From: the human T2T-CHM13v2.0 reference genome, Homo sapiens
Direction: 5' to 3' (one strand)
DNA length: 64,000 nt
Assembly: GCF_009914755.1 (NCBI RefSeq)
Contig: NC_060932.1
The notes beneath the pieces were generated by a model. It saw only the letters and a list, made by a program, of their open reading frames with translations. It was not told where the DNA came from and searched no databases. How positions within the stretch are numbered: the stretch's first letter is position 1; each line of letters opens with the position of its first letter. The position numbers and the translations under genes are program-made. Shown here one piece after another: positions 45,954 to 62,763 of the stretch.

Positions 45954-46930
45954 CTTTGTGGTTTTATCTACCTTTGGTCTTTGATGATGGTGACGTACAG
46001 ATGGGGTTTTGGGGTGGATGTCCTTTCTGTTAGTTTTCCTTCTAACAGTCAGGACCCTCAGCTGCAGGTCTATTGGAGTTTGCTGGAGGTCCACTCCAGA
46101 CCCTGTTTGCCTGAGTATCACCAGCAGAGGCTGCAGAACAGCAAATGTTGCAGCCTAATGCTTCCTCGGGAAGCTTTGTCTCACAGGGGCACCAGGCCTT
46201 ATCGGGTGTCAGTCGCCCCTCTACTGGGAGGTGCCTCCCAGTTAGGCTACTCAGGGGTCAGGGACCCACTTGAGGAGGCAGTCTGTCCGTTCTCACATCT
46301 GAAACTCCATGCTGGGAGAACCACTACTCTCTTCAAAGCAGTCAGACAGGGACATTTAAGTCTGCAGAAGTTTCTGCTGCCTTTTGTTCAGCTATGCCCT
46401 GTCCCTAGAGGTGGAATCTACAAAGGCAGGCAGGCCTCCTTGAGCTGCAGCAGGCTCCACCCAGTTCCAGCTTCCCTGCCACTTTGTTTACCTACTCAAG
46501 CCTCAGCAATGGTGGACGCCCCTCCCCAAACCTTGCTGCCACCTTGCACTTTGATCTCAGACTGCTGTGCTAGCAGTGAACGAGGCTCCGTGGGCTTGGG
46601 ACCCTCCGAGCCATGCGCGGGAAATAATCTCCTGGTGTGCTATTTGCTAAGGCAGTTGGAAAAGTGCAGTATTAGGGTGGGAGTGTCCCAATATTCCAGG
46701 TGCCCTCTGTCATGGCTTCCCTTTGCTAGGCAAGGGAATTCCCCAAACCCTTGTGCATCCCAGGTGAGGTGATGCCCCGCCCTGCTCCGTGGGCTGCACC
46801 CACTTGTCTGGCAAGCCCCAGTGAGATGAACCCGGTACCTCAGTTGGAAATGCAGAAATCACCCGTCTTCTATGTCATTCACTCTGGGAGCTGCAGACTG
46901 GAGCTCTTCCTATTCGGCCATCTTGGCACC
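45954..46930 (-). promoter_or_regulatory. L1 5'UTR (internal sense promoter facing left; antisense promoter region facing right)
   Basis: YY1 motif aagatggcc at the 5' end; GC-rich; many CpGs decayed; activity not shown. Confidence 0.8.
46509..46772 (+). CDS. L1 ORF0 homologue, 87 aa, open; translation unproven
   Basis: MVDAPPQTLLPPCTLISDCCASSERGSVGLGPSEP..IRVGVSQYSRC resembles L1HS ORF0 as recalled (MAGAPPPASLPPCSLISDCCASNQRDSVGVGPSEP..); good Kozak context gcaATGG. Confidence 0.6.
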   Translation: MVDAPPQTLLPPCTLISDCCASSERGSVGLGPSEPCAGNNLLVCYLLRQLEKCSIRVGVSQYSRCPLSWLPFARQGNSPNPCASQVR

Positions 46931-47520
46931 ACAAACAAAGCCTCCAAGAAATATGGGACTACGTGAAAAGACCAAATCTACGTCTGATTGGTGTACTTGA
47001 AAGTGACAGGGAGAATGGAGCCAAGTTGGAAAACACTCTGCAAGATATTATCCAGGAGAAATTCCCCAAGCTAGCAAGGCAGGCCAACATTCAAATTCAG
47101 GAAATACAGAGAATGCCATGAAGATGCTCCTCGAGAAGAACAACTGCAAGACACATAATTGTCAGATTCACCAAAGTTGAAATGAAGGAAAAAATGTCAA
47201 GGGCAACCAGAGAGAAAGGTCGGGTTACCCACAAAGGGAAGCCCATCAGACTAACAGTGGATCTCTCAGTAGAAACTCTACAAGCCAAAGACAGTGGGGG
47301 GTCAATATTCAACATTCTTAAAGAAAAGAATTTTCAACCCAGAATTTCATATCCAGCCAAACTAAGCTTCATAAGTGATGGAGAAATAAAATACTTTACA
47401 GAAAAACAAATGCTGAGAGATTTTGTTACCACCAGGCCTGCCTTACAAGAGCTCCTGAAGGAAGCACTAAACATGGAAAGGAACAACCGGTACCAGCCAC
47501 TGCAAAAACATGCCAAATAA
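46931..47520 (+). pseudogene. L1 ORF1 C-terminal part (RRM/CTD), with an in-frame stop
   Basis: MKEKMSRATREKGRVTHKGKPIRLT...RISYPAKLSF...YQPLQKHAK. Confidence 0.92.
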
Positions 47521-47582
47521 GACCATCGATACTAGGAAGAAATTGCATCAACTAATGAGCAAAATAACCAGCTAACATCATA

Positions 47583-51405
<3,823 letters not shown>

Positions 51406-52629
51406 ACAATAAGAACACATGGACACAGGGTGGGGAACATCACACACTGGGGCCTGCCAGGGGGTTGGGGGAGCGGGAGCGATAGCATTAGGAGATATAT
51501 CTAATGTAAATTACGAGTTAATGGTTGCAGCACACCAACATGGCACATGTATACATATGTAACAAACCTGCACGTTGTGCACATGTACCCTAGAACCTAA
51601 AGTAAAATTTAAAAAAAGTTTAAAAAAATAAAGTAACTCAAATTTATAAATTTATACACATCTCACACACACACAAATGCGCACACATAAGGCAATTCAT
51701 TTAAGCCTTGATGGCTATATTTTCCCTTTTTTCTCTGTCAGTGTGGATGTGTAAAAACTACTTATATTACTATCCAGATTAAAATTTTATTTTCCCCTTT
51801 TACCTGTGTTAATCAAATTAGCTGGGTGAATAAAGTTCAAGTAATTGCTTTATTCCCAATAGAAAAAAGTGAAAAGGGGGTGAGGAGTGGGGATGTGGAG
51901 AGTGGGAAAGATTATATAAAATTATAGTTATGCTGTGTTTCTCACTGCTGGTCACAGCCAGAATTTTTCTAGAGAGAAGTATCACTTGTGAAGCTGGCCA
52001 GGTGGAAAATGACTAGTTTTATTAAAAATAGCAGTAACGAAAAAGCATCTACCTACTATCAAATATACTTTAATATGAGTATAAACTGTGAGCATGGCTC
52101 TGGTGCTCTAGCCATCTACAGGCTAGGAAGTGTGTCATGTTTTGTTCAAACAGACTAAGAGTTTAATCAAAGCAGACAGGTAGCACTAAGTATCAAAAGA
52201 AAAAAAAGTGGTCCCTCTTATCTCTCCAACTCATGCCTTTATTTTGGTAATGTGAAGATTACAGAAGGAAATTGAAGAGGTATACGGTGGTAGTCTAGTA
52301 AAGAAGGCTCTGACCAGAGGGAATCTTTGGCTCTGGGAAATTTTCCCCCACACAGCACAGGAAATATTCTGTAGCCCCAGCTGAGCCATCAGTCTGTGGG
52401 TCACACATAACATTCCTGTACCAGTCAGCAAATCTCCAGGAACTCTTGGGTGATAAAGAATGATTCCACTGATACGAAAAATCAAAATAGTCCCTAAAAA
52501 TCTGAGATCTTTAAAGTTTTTTTATTGATAACTTCTTTTAAAACATAGAAATGAAGAGCCATATCTCAGGCTCTAGCTCCAGTATTTTGAATTCTATTAT
52601 TCCTAACTTGATCTTTGCACACATCATAG

Positions 52630-52987
<358 letters not shown>

Positions 52988-54759
52988 TGAGGTTTATTCT
53001 TCACATTCATTCCACTGTGATCTTCATGATTCTATCCCTGAGGTCTTAGCCTCAATTTTGCTAAAGATCTAGGTCAAAGCTGACCTTTGTCTATGAAGCC
53101 ATAATTTTCAATTAAGGTTTTACCTTTTTTTATTTTAGGAAATGCAAAAGATCTTTGCCAAATAGCAATTTCAGTTGATTGATTTTTATCCTCTGGGAAC
53201 ACTGTGATAAGAATACTTGTGAAGGTTCAATGTTGCAGACTGCTTTGATGAAGAAACGATATCTTTCATTCAGTAAGAGTAGTATGACACACATTTGCCA
53301 GCTTTATGTTGTACCTTCTCTTGAGCCTCTACTGAAATAATATGTTAGTATTATAGCTAATGAAAATGCATTCAGGCCTAGTTGCCAGTTTTTGAAGCAT
53401 TGCTACATGGGGAAAAAAAGAAAACACTAACAAAAGCAACATAAATAAGTAGAGAGTTTGGGAGCAATGCAGCTTCTGCATTACTATTGAAAATTCTTTT
53501 CCCAAGGTAATTATTTTCCAAGACTCTCTTAAAAACATTTATTCAACTCCTTCTATTGCTAGGTCTCACCCTCCTTTCCATTCTTCACAAATCCTCCTGC
53601 CTTTGTCACTAAACAACCTGGTTGTCCGTACCTAATAACTTGTTGTTGACTAATAGTTTTATCTGATTTTTGTATAAATCAGCAGTCAAACAAGAACTAG
53701 AATGCCAGCTCGTTTAAGTAACGTCACTTCCCATATAATCACAGAGTCAACACAATTGAACCACAAGTATAAAGACACCTATCAGTGGTTAATCTAGTAA
53801 ACATAGACAAAAATATTTTTGTCATTTCGTGTTATTCAGAATGGTCTCAACATTTGTCAACTAGCCAAGAGAAAGAAACATGAATACATTATATATTTAC
53901 TCTGCTGTTCTCTTATGGTTGATGTTTATTTTTGAATATGTACTACCAGTGGTTGTTTACATGGTTAATTTCTTTTTAAAACATTTTCCCCACAAGCCTC
54001 AGTTGTAGCAAAGTGACAAATAAATGGACCTCCCCGCCAAGAGAATATGAAGAGGGCAAAAGATTGATGTATCAAAAAGCCAACTTAACAGATATTCAAA
54101 ATGAAATCCTCAACAGAACTCTGCATAATACTCTCATACAGCCATCTGTCATTTTTTATAATACAAATGTGTCAATAAACATGTAAGTTTTTAATGATTT
54201 ATATACATACACAATCATTGATTCACTTATTAAAATTTAATATTTTTATGTTTTTAGATTCATAATGTAAAAGACAGAATTTCTAATGTTTTTATCTTCA
54301 ACACTCCACTTTGAAGACATCTACCTTAGTATAATCATTAATTATCCAAAATGTTTATTTTTAGAAAATAACATAAGTAATGGAAAAGTACACCAGATGA
54401 TTCCTGTTGGGTAGTAGCACCTGTCTTAATGCAATTGTCTTCAGACATCCTCCACAAACCACAGTGCAACAAGGTGAACAAATAAAATCACAGAAGCTTA
54501 ATGTAAACAGTATAACTTGGAAAGACAGATGATTGTATAAACATCAATTTACATATTAGTTAGGAAATAACTGTCTGAAACCATTAGAGACACTCCTGAA
54601 CCTGTGCCAGAATGGATCAGCAGGGAACGTCTGTACAAAAATGAGGAGAAGGTAGTGGGAGCCTAGCACTGTTATATACAGGTAAAATCACCCTCAGAAA
54701 AAGTAACACCCTGGTTGAGAAATACTGAGAATGGTTGTCCTGACAGTTATAGAATGGGC

Positions 54760-55330
54760 ATGACTAACCTCTGCTGGATAGAAAATCAATCAGTCTGGAG
54801 GTAAGGATTGCCTGAGAACAGTCATGAAAGAATTTTCTAGGGTAATGATAAAGTACTATATTCTGAATAGCTGGCTAAGTAACATAGTTGTATGCATTCA
54901 TCAAAAATCATCAAATAGAACACTTGATGTCTGTACATTTTATTTTACATAAATTTTACCTTAAAATGCAAATGCATTGAACTCTACTTAATTAAAAGTA
55001 ACCAGAAGTAGTTAGCGATGGCATGCACTGATTTCAGCAAGCAACCTGCTGGTAAATGAATCCACAAAAAAATGAAGAGGGAGAAGAAGAAAGAATAAGA
55101 AGGAAGAGGAGATGGAGAAGAAAAAGAAGGAGGCAAAACGAGGAGAAGGTGGTGGAAGAGGAGAAGGAGAGGAGTAGTAAGCTGGAGTAAAAGAGTGATT
55201 ATGATTTTGTGATTAAGACAATATAGGAAAGCGTTAACTGAACAGTCAGGTTGTTGTATATGGATATTATGTGTAATTCTTTGAACTTTTTGTATATTTG
55301 AAATTTTTTCTAATAAATTCTTGAAAAAAG
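54760..55330 (+). mobile_element. Old L1M 3'-end fragments with a GA-rich tract (~55070-55175)
   Basis: gtcatgaaagaattttctagggtaatga...catcaaaaatcatcaaatagaacactt; tgaaattttttctaataaa. Confidence 0.55.
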
Positions 55331-55599
55331 TTCAAGAAAGTTTTGCCTGTTACTCTATATTTGTCTGTTTAGAAACATATAAATGCTTACAATTATTAAC
55401 CATGATGAGCGGTGAAAGTTTTCTACCTGAAACGTAGCTTCATGGGAAAAAAGCCTTGTGTATTAGTATGTATTAATTTTAAGAAATTGGGCTCAACTCT
55501 AAAAATTGTACCACTTTCTAAAAGGATCAGCAACTTTGCAATTTTCATTTCTTTTTTTTTATAATGATGATATTGTAAGAAGCCATTGATACACAAATT

Positions 55600-55800
55600 T
55601 ATGCATTCATTTGTTTATTCACTTAATTAATATTTATTGAGACTGTTCCATGTGTTTTGCAAAGCACTAAGAACACAGTAGTAAACACTAAAGAGAGAAT
55701 CCCTATCTCCTGAAGAATATGTCTCTAATGGAGAAGGGAGCAATCAGACATGTAAATATAATTAATAACTTAAGCATTCTGATAGCCAAAGGTCCCAGTG
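55600..55800 (-). mobile_element. L2 3'-end fragment
   Basis: cattcatttgtttattcac...atttattgag, typical of the L2 tail in reverse. Confidence 0.55.
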
Positions 55801-55989
55801 CTAAAGACATGTAACCATTCAAACAACAGTTTTATCCCTGTATCTGAGTATTTACTGAGAAAGAATGCATTTATGCAGCAAAAGAAATAGTTCAGCACTT
55901 GAGGGGCGGCTGATATTTTCAGGCCTTTGATGGCAGAAATTTAGATTAGTGAATCTTCTTGCTAAGAGTTCAGCTAACTTGTGTTGGAA

Positions 55990-56570
55990 GCAGCCCAGTC
56001 CCATAATTATGAGCCTGATTCTAAAGGACCCATTCTAGCACTTGCTAAGTTTAGCGCCCTTACCACATTATTAAAACTCTCTGTGCCTTGTTCCTAGGTT
56101 AAGGCTTTATAATAGTAGCCACTACATATGGCTATTTGTTTGTTTGTTTGTTTTTTGTTTTTTTGAGACAGAGCCTCACTCTGTCACTCAGGCTGAAGTG
56201 CAGTGGTGCTATCTTGGCTCACTGCAACCTCCGCCTCCTGGGCTCAAATGATCCTCGCACCTCGGCCCCTCAAGAAGCTGGGATTACAGGCATGTGCCAC
56301 CACATCCGGCTAATTTTTTGTATTTTTTTTTTTTGTAGAGACAGAGTTTTGCCATGTTGCCAGACTGGTCTCGAACTCCTGGGCTCAAGTGATCCACCCA
56401 CCTCAGGCTCCCAAAGTGCTAAGATTACAGGCATGAGCCACTGTGCCCAGCCCACATATGGCTATTAGACAAAAATTTTAAAAATAAAAAAAAAGACTGG
56501 ATTCATGTGATGTGCTTAGAGCAGTCCCTGGTCCACAGTAAACATTCAATAAACATTGATTATTATTATG
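55990..56570 (+). mobile_element. MIR, split by an Alu
   Basis: ctctctgtgccttgttcc; gtgcttagagcagtccctggtccacagtaaacattcaataaac. Confidence 0.6.
56137..56452 (-). mobile_element. Alu SINE (AluJb-like)
   Basis: ctcctgggctcaagtgatcc; TSD acatatggctatt (56124-56136, 56454-56466). Confidence 0.95.
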
Positions 56571-59500
56571 TGGTCACTGACTCTTTGATATGATTCTTGA
56601 ACAATTTTCTTCAAATTTAATTGAGAAAGTTAAATATTGTCAGTAACCCAACAGGAAATATAATTTTACTCAGATGTAGAGACTTTCATGAAGGGCATCT
56701 TTAGAGGAGAGAAGAAGGGATGTTTAGGCACTCAGAGACTGACAATGGTAGGAAGCCTCAAGGAAGCCTAAGACTAGTGGAGCAAATGAAGGAAACAATA
56801 TTGTATAAGAATCCCAGTGTGGGCTGGAGCCTTGGTGGTCGGATGCCTGGGCTGCAGATGCCGAGGATTCCTGCCAATGCCAGAAATTCAGAGTCCAAAG
56901 CAGGGAAAGAGCAGGGATGAAAACACATCCTATTGCCCTCCAGCACCTCCCGTTGGCTAAACCTAAAAAAGAACCCAGATGATGAGGTAGCTTGGAGATG
57001 CAGAGCAAGAAGAAAAAGATCAGAGCAAGAAAGAAAAAGATAGAAAGTGGATCTGAGGAAAATCAACATAGTAACCAGCTTCCTAGATCCAGATAACACC
57101 AACATCTCACAAATGGGTCACATGAAGAAATTTATCCTTTTGACTGCTATACTGAGCGCTCCAATAACAGCAAGAGAGTGATTTCTTAAGAAAAGGCAAC
57201 CCTGGAAAATTCAGTGGTTGTGTTCATGTTTAGGGTTTGCTATGGTCTTGTTGCAAAGATACACACTTGAAGATTTATATAGAGTAGACTTGGCTTCACC
57301 TCTGCACCTGTTCATTCACTTTTTCTGTCAAAAATATATTTACTGGTAGTTTTCTACAAAATATTTTACAATTAACCCATTTTCAAAAATATTATAACAA
57401 CATATTCAGAAATATAGTGAAAAGAGACTTTAAAATTTTTCAATCATACATTTTCAGCTATAATCTAAACATCTCAGTTAATCTTATTTTTACTACCTAG
57501 TATCTAAATAATCTTTTTAGGAACAGAAAAAACATGTCATTTTACTTCTGCTTCTATAAAACTATCTTTTGGGAATGGGAACCTGGTACTTAATCTCTCT
57601 CTCTTTCTCTCTCACACTTGCTCTCTGGCTTTCTTTTTTAATTCAAAAATAGGTTGAGGTTATCTATAGGTAAAGTCATCACCAAATTTTTTCCAATTAC
57701 TGAAGCTTCAACAACTCCTAAGGCAAACTTGAAAGACCTTGAAAAAATTTCAAACATGCTTTCACTTGCTTATTTGATTTTGCTTTTCATTGTATTATAC
57801 CTAGACAACACTTTCTATTTTTGTTTGCAAAAAGCTGGTAATTTTCTTCCATCATTTTCATTTTGTTTTTTAATGTGTCTGCAAGTGTCATGGTCTCACT
57901 GACTTATTACTTAAAGTTTATTCACAAAAGAGGCCTAGGTTTACTTCCATACTAATAACAAAAATTACTTTTTAATATTAGTATTTAAGTACAACCTGCA
58001 ATTATTAAGTTAACTATATTTATTTGCCTGTGTCTGTGAAGAGAGGCATATCACTTTCTCCAGTGGAAGAATTATTGTCTAGATTCTTAGGGGAAAATCT
58101 CTTCTCCACTACTTGACTTTATATTATTTCAATTTTAAAAATTATTATTTTTATTGGTTTTAAATTTTATATTTCAAGTTTTATATTTGTATCCAAAAAT
58201 ATATGTTTCTTGTGGAAATACAGTTTTAAACTGATACATTTGAAAAAATATAAATGAAGAAAAACACTAAAGCCATACTCATGCACACACAAAGACTTTA
58301 CCAACAATCACTTAATAAATTTTCAGTACTTTTATATTTCAGAAAGCCACATTTTCACTATAAATTCTTATAACTTACAACCCAATTTATATCTGTTTAC
58401 TTCTTTGACTTTCCTTCTGGAAAGTATCATATAATTCTTAATTATCTACTCCCACTGCCTAGTACTTTTACTGATACAAAACAGGCACTAAATATATATT
58501 TTTGAAGGAGTCAATGCATAATTGAATAAATGAAAATAGAAAATCGAATGACCAATTTTAATTTTTCTATGGGCTATTGATACTCAAGGAGATAATTCTT
58601 TGGCATAACATTCAATTCTTAAAATGTCCAAACATTAAAACAATGTCCACACAGATCATATCTTAATGAAAATCTCAAAGAAAGTGAATTTGATCAAATA
58701 ATTAGAATGATTTTTTAATTTGTTCATCAATTTCACTATAGCCAATTAATGTTTTCAAATATTTTATAACACTTGAAAAATTGTGTTCTATTAGGTAGTC
58801 ATCCTATTAGCAGTGTTGCTTATATAACTCATTTCCTTAGGAGGTAAAATAAATTTATTAATAAAAAGAGAAAAAAACTTTAAGTGAAGCAGTTCAAATT
58901 GCCACAAATTGTGACTTACGTATGATATTGTTACAGAATCTTGCATAAACACTTTGGAAGTTAGCCACTGCATGACAAGGGCTACTCATTCCTTTATCTG
59001 AAACAAAAACTATGTTGTAAATGACTTCCAGAATTACAAGGAGGACCAAATGAGATAGCATTATTGAATAAGCTTTATAAAATAAAAACTTTATATGTAT
59101 GAAGTACTTGTTATAATTGATAACAATTTTTATTATTTCACAAAAATGATTTGTTTTTTTGAACACATCTCCCTAAAATTCACTATATACTATTCCAAAT
59201 TTAATGCAACCCCTCTGTAGCTTCAGTTATCTTTCATAATTCATAAAATACGTCTGTTTTCTTGCTCTTTCATATGCTTGGTGACATAAGAAGAAGCTAT
59301 AATTTTAAACCAACCCCTAAAAGAGTTTAAACAATATCTCTATAAATTCTTAGTTCATTTTAAGTCTTGGTAAAAGATTTAAAAACCATACTCACATTTT
59401 ACTTAAGAACTGGCTCAATGCACTCCAAAGTGCTAATATCGCTACTTTGATTTGGCACATTCGGTTTAATCCTTTCAGTGACAGAAAACAAATCATAATT

Positions 59501-60065
59501 AAAGAAGGGGTGGAAACGGTTCTTTCAGAAGACTATTTCTTGCATACAGACGAGTAATTAGAGTGACCTCAATGTGGTGGCTTTCCTTTGTTGCTCAGAG
59601 ACAAATACCTTTGTGCAGCAAATAAACAAGCTCAGCTCAGCAAACCCTTGGTGTGAACTGTCTCCCTGGAAGCCAGGAGTCGTCTTTGGTGTCTTTGCAG
59701 TTAGATGAAAGGGAGCAGATTCTGCAGTGAAATCAAGAGTGTGGAAGTTTAAAGTTTGACTTTGTTGTTACCTTACCATGCAAAGTTAGCTCATTAGGAG
59801 TTTGCTCTTGCCAGAAATCCACAATCAAGATTCTACCATACTTCTTTTAAACAAATACACACAGAAAACACAGAATACTTTGTTTAGGAGAAAACAAGGT
59901 ATAGTTGGTTTGAATTTAGAATGCCTCAATTTAAAAACTAAATGTTCTCATATTGAGAATTATGAGCAATTAGAACTCGGTTTTCTTTGACATTGATAGT
60001 GGATGATCAACGGTCAAGGACCATTTCAACTGGCATGAAGCCCAAACCTAAAGAATGTTTGGTGT

Positions 60066-60104
60066 AAAAAGCAAACAGACCAGTCTCTGGTCTGTTTGCC
60101 TTTT
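60066..60104. repeat. Palindrome/hairpin, perfect 13-bp arms with a 3-nt loop
   Basis: gcaaacagaccag-tct-ctggtctgtttgc, extended by aaaa/tttt after one mismatch. Confidence 0.95.
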
Positions 60105-60383
60105 GTGAGGATGGACTACATAACACAGAATCCAAAATTTGATCATTAAAATAATAAAAGAATGCATTTATTTCGGAAATAATGGCAATACATATAATAA
60201 ATGCGTAGATTTATTGGGAATTGTGGATATATAACAGGAATAATATTGTCTATTTAATATTTCTTTTTTAAAGGTACAAGAAAATGATGCCTGTATTATA
60301 ATCACAGAATATCAGATATAAAACCTTGTTTTCTGTTAGAATTTCACAAAGTGAAAATTAATCTATTCATTCCTCCTATTCTT

Positions 60384-60695
60384 TGTTTTGTTTTGTTTTG
60401 TTGGGTTGTGGATTTTTTTTTTAACATGGTCTTGCTCTGTCACCCAGACTGGAGCGTGGTGGCATAATCATAGCTCACTGCAGCCTCAAACTCTTGGGCT
60501 CAAGCAATCCTCCTACATAACTAGGACTACAGGTGTGCACCACCATGTCAATCTATTTTTTGTTTGTTTGTTTTTTTGGTAGAGATAGGATCTCCCTTTG
60601 TTGTCCAGGCTGGTCTCAAACTCTTGGGCTCAAGCAATCTTCCCACTTTGGCTTCCCAAAGTGCTGGGATTACAAGTGTGGTCACAGTGCCTGGG
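60384..60695 (-). mobile_element. Alu SINE (AluJo-like)
   Basis: catagctcactgcagcctcaaactcttgggctcaagcaatc; TSD ctccta(t/c)tctt. Confidence 0.93.
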
Positions 60696-60789
60696 CTCCT
60701 ACTCTTGATTGTCTCTAAGAAAAGAAATTTCCAAACTCCACTCAGCAATCTATTTATTGGTATCAAAAAATAGGTTGTTTTTCCCAGCT

Positions 60790-61140
60790 ATCTCTTATCT
60801 CCAGTAGCTTCCTTTACTTAAATCCTTTGCTGTGAGACTTTGCCACGCCTGCCAACACATAAAGTATATGCCCAGGTGCCGTTGACTTTGGGCTTGCCCA
60901 TGTGGATTACTTAGACCAGTAGAATATGGTTGGAGGTGACAATGTATCAGCTTGGAGTGGAAGAGGTGTAGCATGTTTCTTATTCTATTTCTGCTATTCC
61001 ACCCTCTGAGAGAAGAAAGGGCATGCCCTACATTGGGATTAGCTATTCATTCTGTGTCCTCAAAGACACGTAGAGAAACCCTAAACCTGGAAATGAGCCC
61101 AGCAGGACCCCATAGGCAGCAGTAGAGCCATGTAATGACC
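60790..61140 (+). mobile_element. Old MaLR LTR (MLT1F/G-like)
   Basis: ttgactttgggcttgcccatgtgg...gaccagtagaatatgg. Confidence 0.55.
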
Positions 61141-61604
61141 TGGGAGCAGCAGGTAGCGAAGCCTAGGTTTTGGAATGAAGCAGCCTTGTTTCATATCTAG
61201 GCTGTACTACTCAGTTACACCTTGAATGAGTTAGCTGACTTTTGCTTTCCAGTTTTTGTCATGGACATTCTCAGTTTGATAATGCATTACTCACAGGTTG
61301 TTATGAAATGTATGCATCTCTCTCTAGCCAGAGTGAGTCTCAGGGTAAATACTCAAAAATTATTACTTTCAGTCTTCCTTTGATAAATCCCTTACCCCTC
61401 TAAACCCAAACCAGCAACATGGCCCAAGCTAAGGTGAAAGTCAACCAAGTTAAAACCATCATCAACAGTGGTGCTGATAAACAGTAAAAATATTACTGAA
61501 AAGGGTTTGATGAGTCAAAGTCTGTGCCACTTATTGCCTTAGGAGTGCTGTGAGGCTAAATTGCCTTTGGGGTACACAACAATTTGCCATCAAAGTCAGA
61601 TGTT

Positions 61605-61730
61605 ACAGCTGAAAGAAACTTAAATGATGACTTAATCTTATCACTGCCTTTCATGAATAAGGGAAGTGAGGCCCAGAAAGTTGAATTGTCTTTCCCCAAA
61701 CTAGTTAATAGCAAATCTGTCACTTAAACC
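61605..61730 (-). mobile_element. MIR fragment
   Basis: gaataagggaagtgaggcccagaaagttgaattgtctttcccc resembles the MIR core. Confidence 0.5.
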
Positions 61731-62638
61731 AACAAAATGGTTTTATAGATGTACTGTCTGATATATTAAGAATATACTTCTTTCTGTTATTTTTTTCTAA
61801 CAATAATGAAATGTCTATGTCCTAGAGCATAACTTCTTTCTTTTCTTAGAATAGCCCACAAATACCATTTTCTGTGAAAGAATTGAAACTCAAGAAAGGG
61901 GATATGTTTTCAGTAGGGAAACATATGAAGTATTGTTTGCATGTGAAATCTAACTGCACTCTTACTAAACAGGCTCAGTGTCAGGTAAGAGCACCCTTGC
62001 AACTAACACGAACTTTACATACTGTCATCTGCACATCCATTTTTGTTTTTATCTAAAGTGACAGATTCACAATTTAAATGCTGAAACTAATTTGCCCAGT
62101 TTTTAAAACACTAAGCTTTTAGGAACAAATGTAAATACTAAGACCAGAGCAGAAGTTCTCAAATTTGTTTCTTTTTAAAACTGTTTTAGTTTCTGGCCAT
62201 GTGATGTTCAGTGAGACAAAAGCTCTTTCAACCACCTGCTCTCTTTGCCAACATCAAAAGAAACAAAAATATATCAACAGCATTAAATATAAAAGAGCAT
62301 TTAATAAGACTCCATGTGGCAGCTAAAAAAGATGAAGAAAGTGAAAACAAAAGGGAAACTAAACTGAGTAATAAAAAACAAGAAAAAAGGAAAAATGTGA
62401 GGAGAGGAAAGAAAAAGGATAAATAAGAGAAAATAAGAGTGGAACCTGATTTATATTTTTGTAACACACAGACCTTCCACTCCTTCTGGCCATTGGCTCA
62501 GGCCTGAAATCAGTCTTAGCTTTAGGGCCCCCTAAAGTCCCAACCAACATCAAACTGATTCTCAAGAAGCAACTCATTGGCAACTTGCTTAGCTGTTGAA
62601 ACTACTGGGACCATAAGAGGTTTGTGATGAAGACTCAC

Positions 62639-62763
62639 TTGTGTGATGCTTTACCCACTCCATGCAGACCTGACTGTAAGACGCAGGAGACAGAGAAAGA
62701 AGTGGTTCCATCAAAGTGAGTACCTTCCATACCTGTCCTGCTGCTCTCCCCTAAAGTATTATT
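62639..62763 (-). other. Candidate 125-nt internal exon, probably non-coding
   Basis: Minus-strand acceptor tttctaggtttctccttgcag and donor CAA|gtgagt in apparently unique DNA. Confidence 0.35.

Noticed and set aside
53123-53350. Exon-like signals on both strands (plus 53139-53272; minus acceptor at 53332 with TACTAAC)
   Set aside because: The plus candidate has stops in all three frames, the branch point is only ~13 nt from the AG, and such motifs are common in AT-rich DNA
62669-62716. Plus-strand ~48-nt exon candidate ending AAA|gtgagt
   Set aside because: Weak pyrimidine tract, unrecognised peptide, and overlap with a better minus-strand candidate
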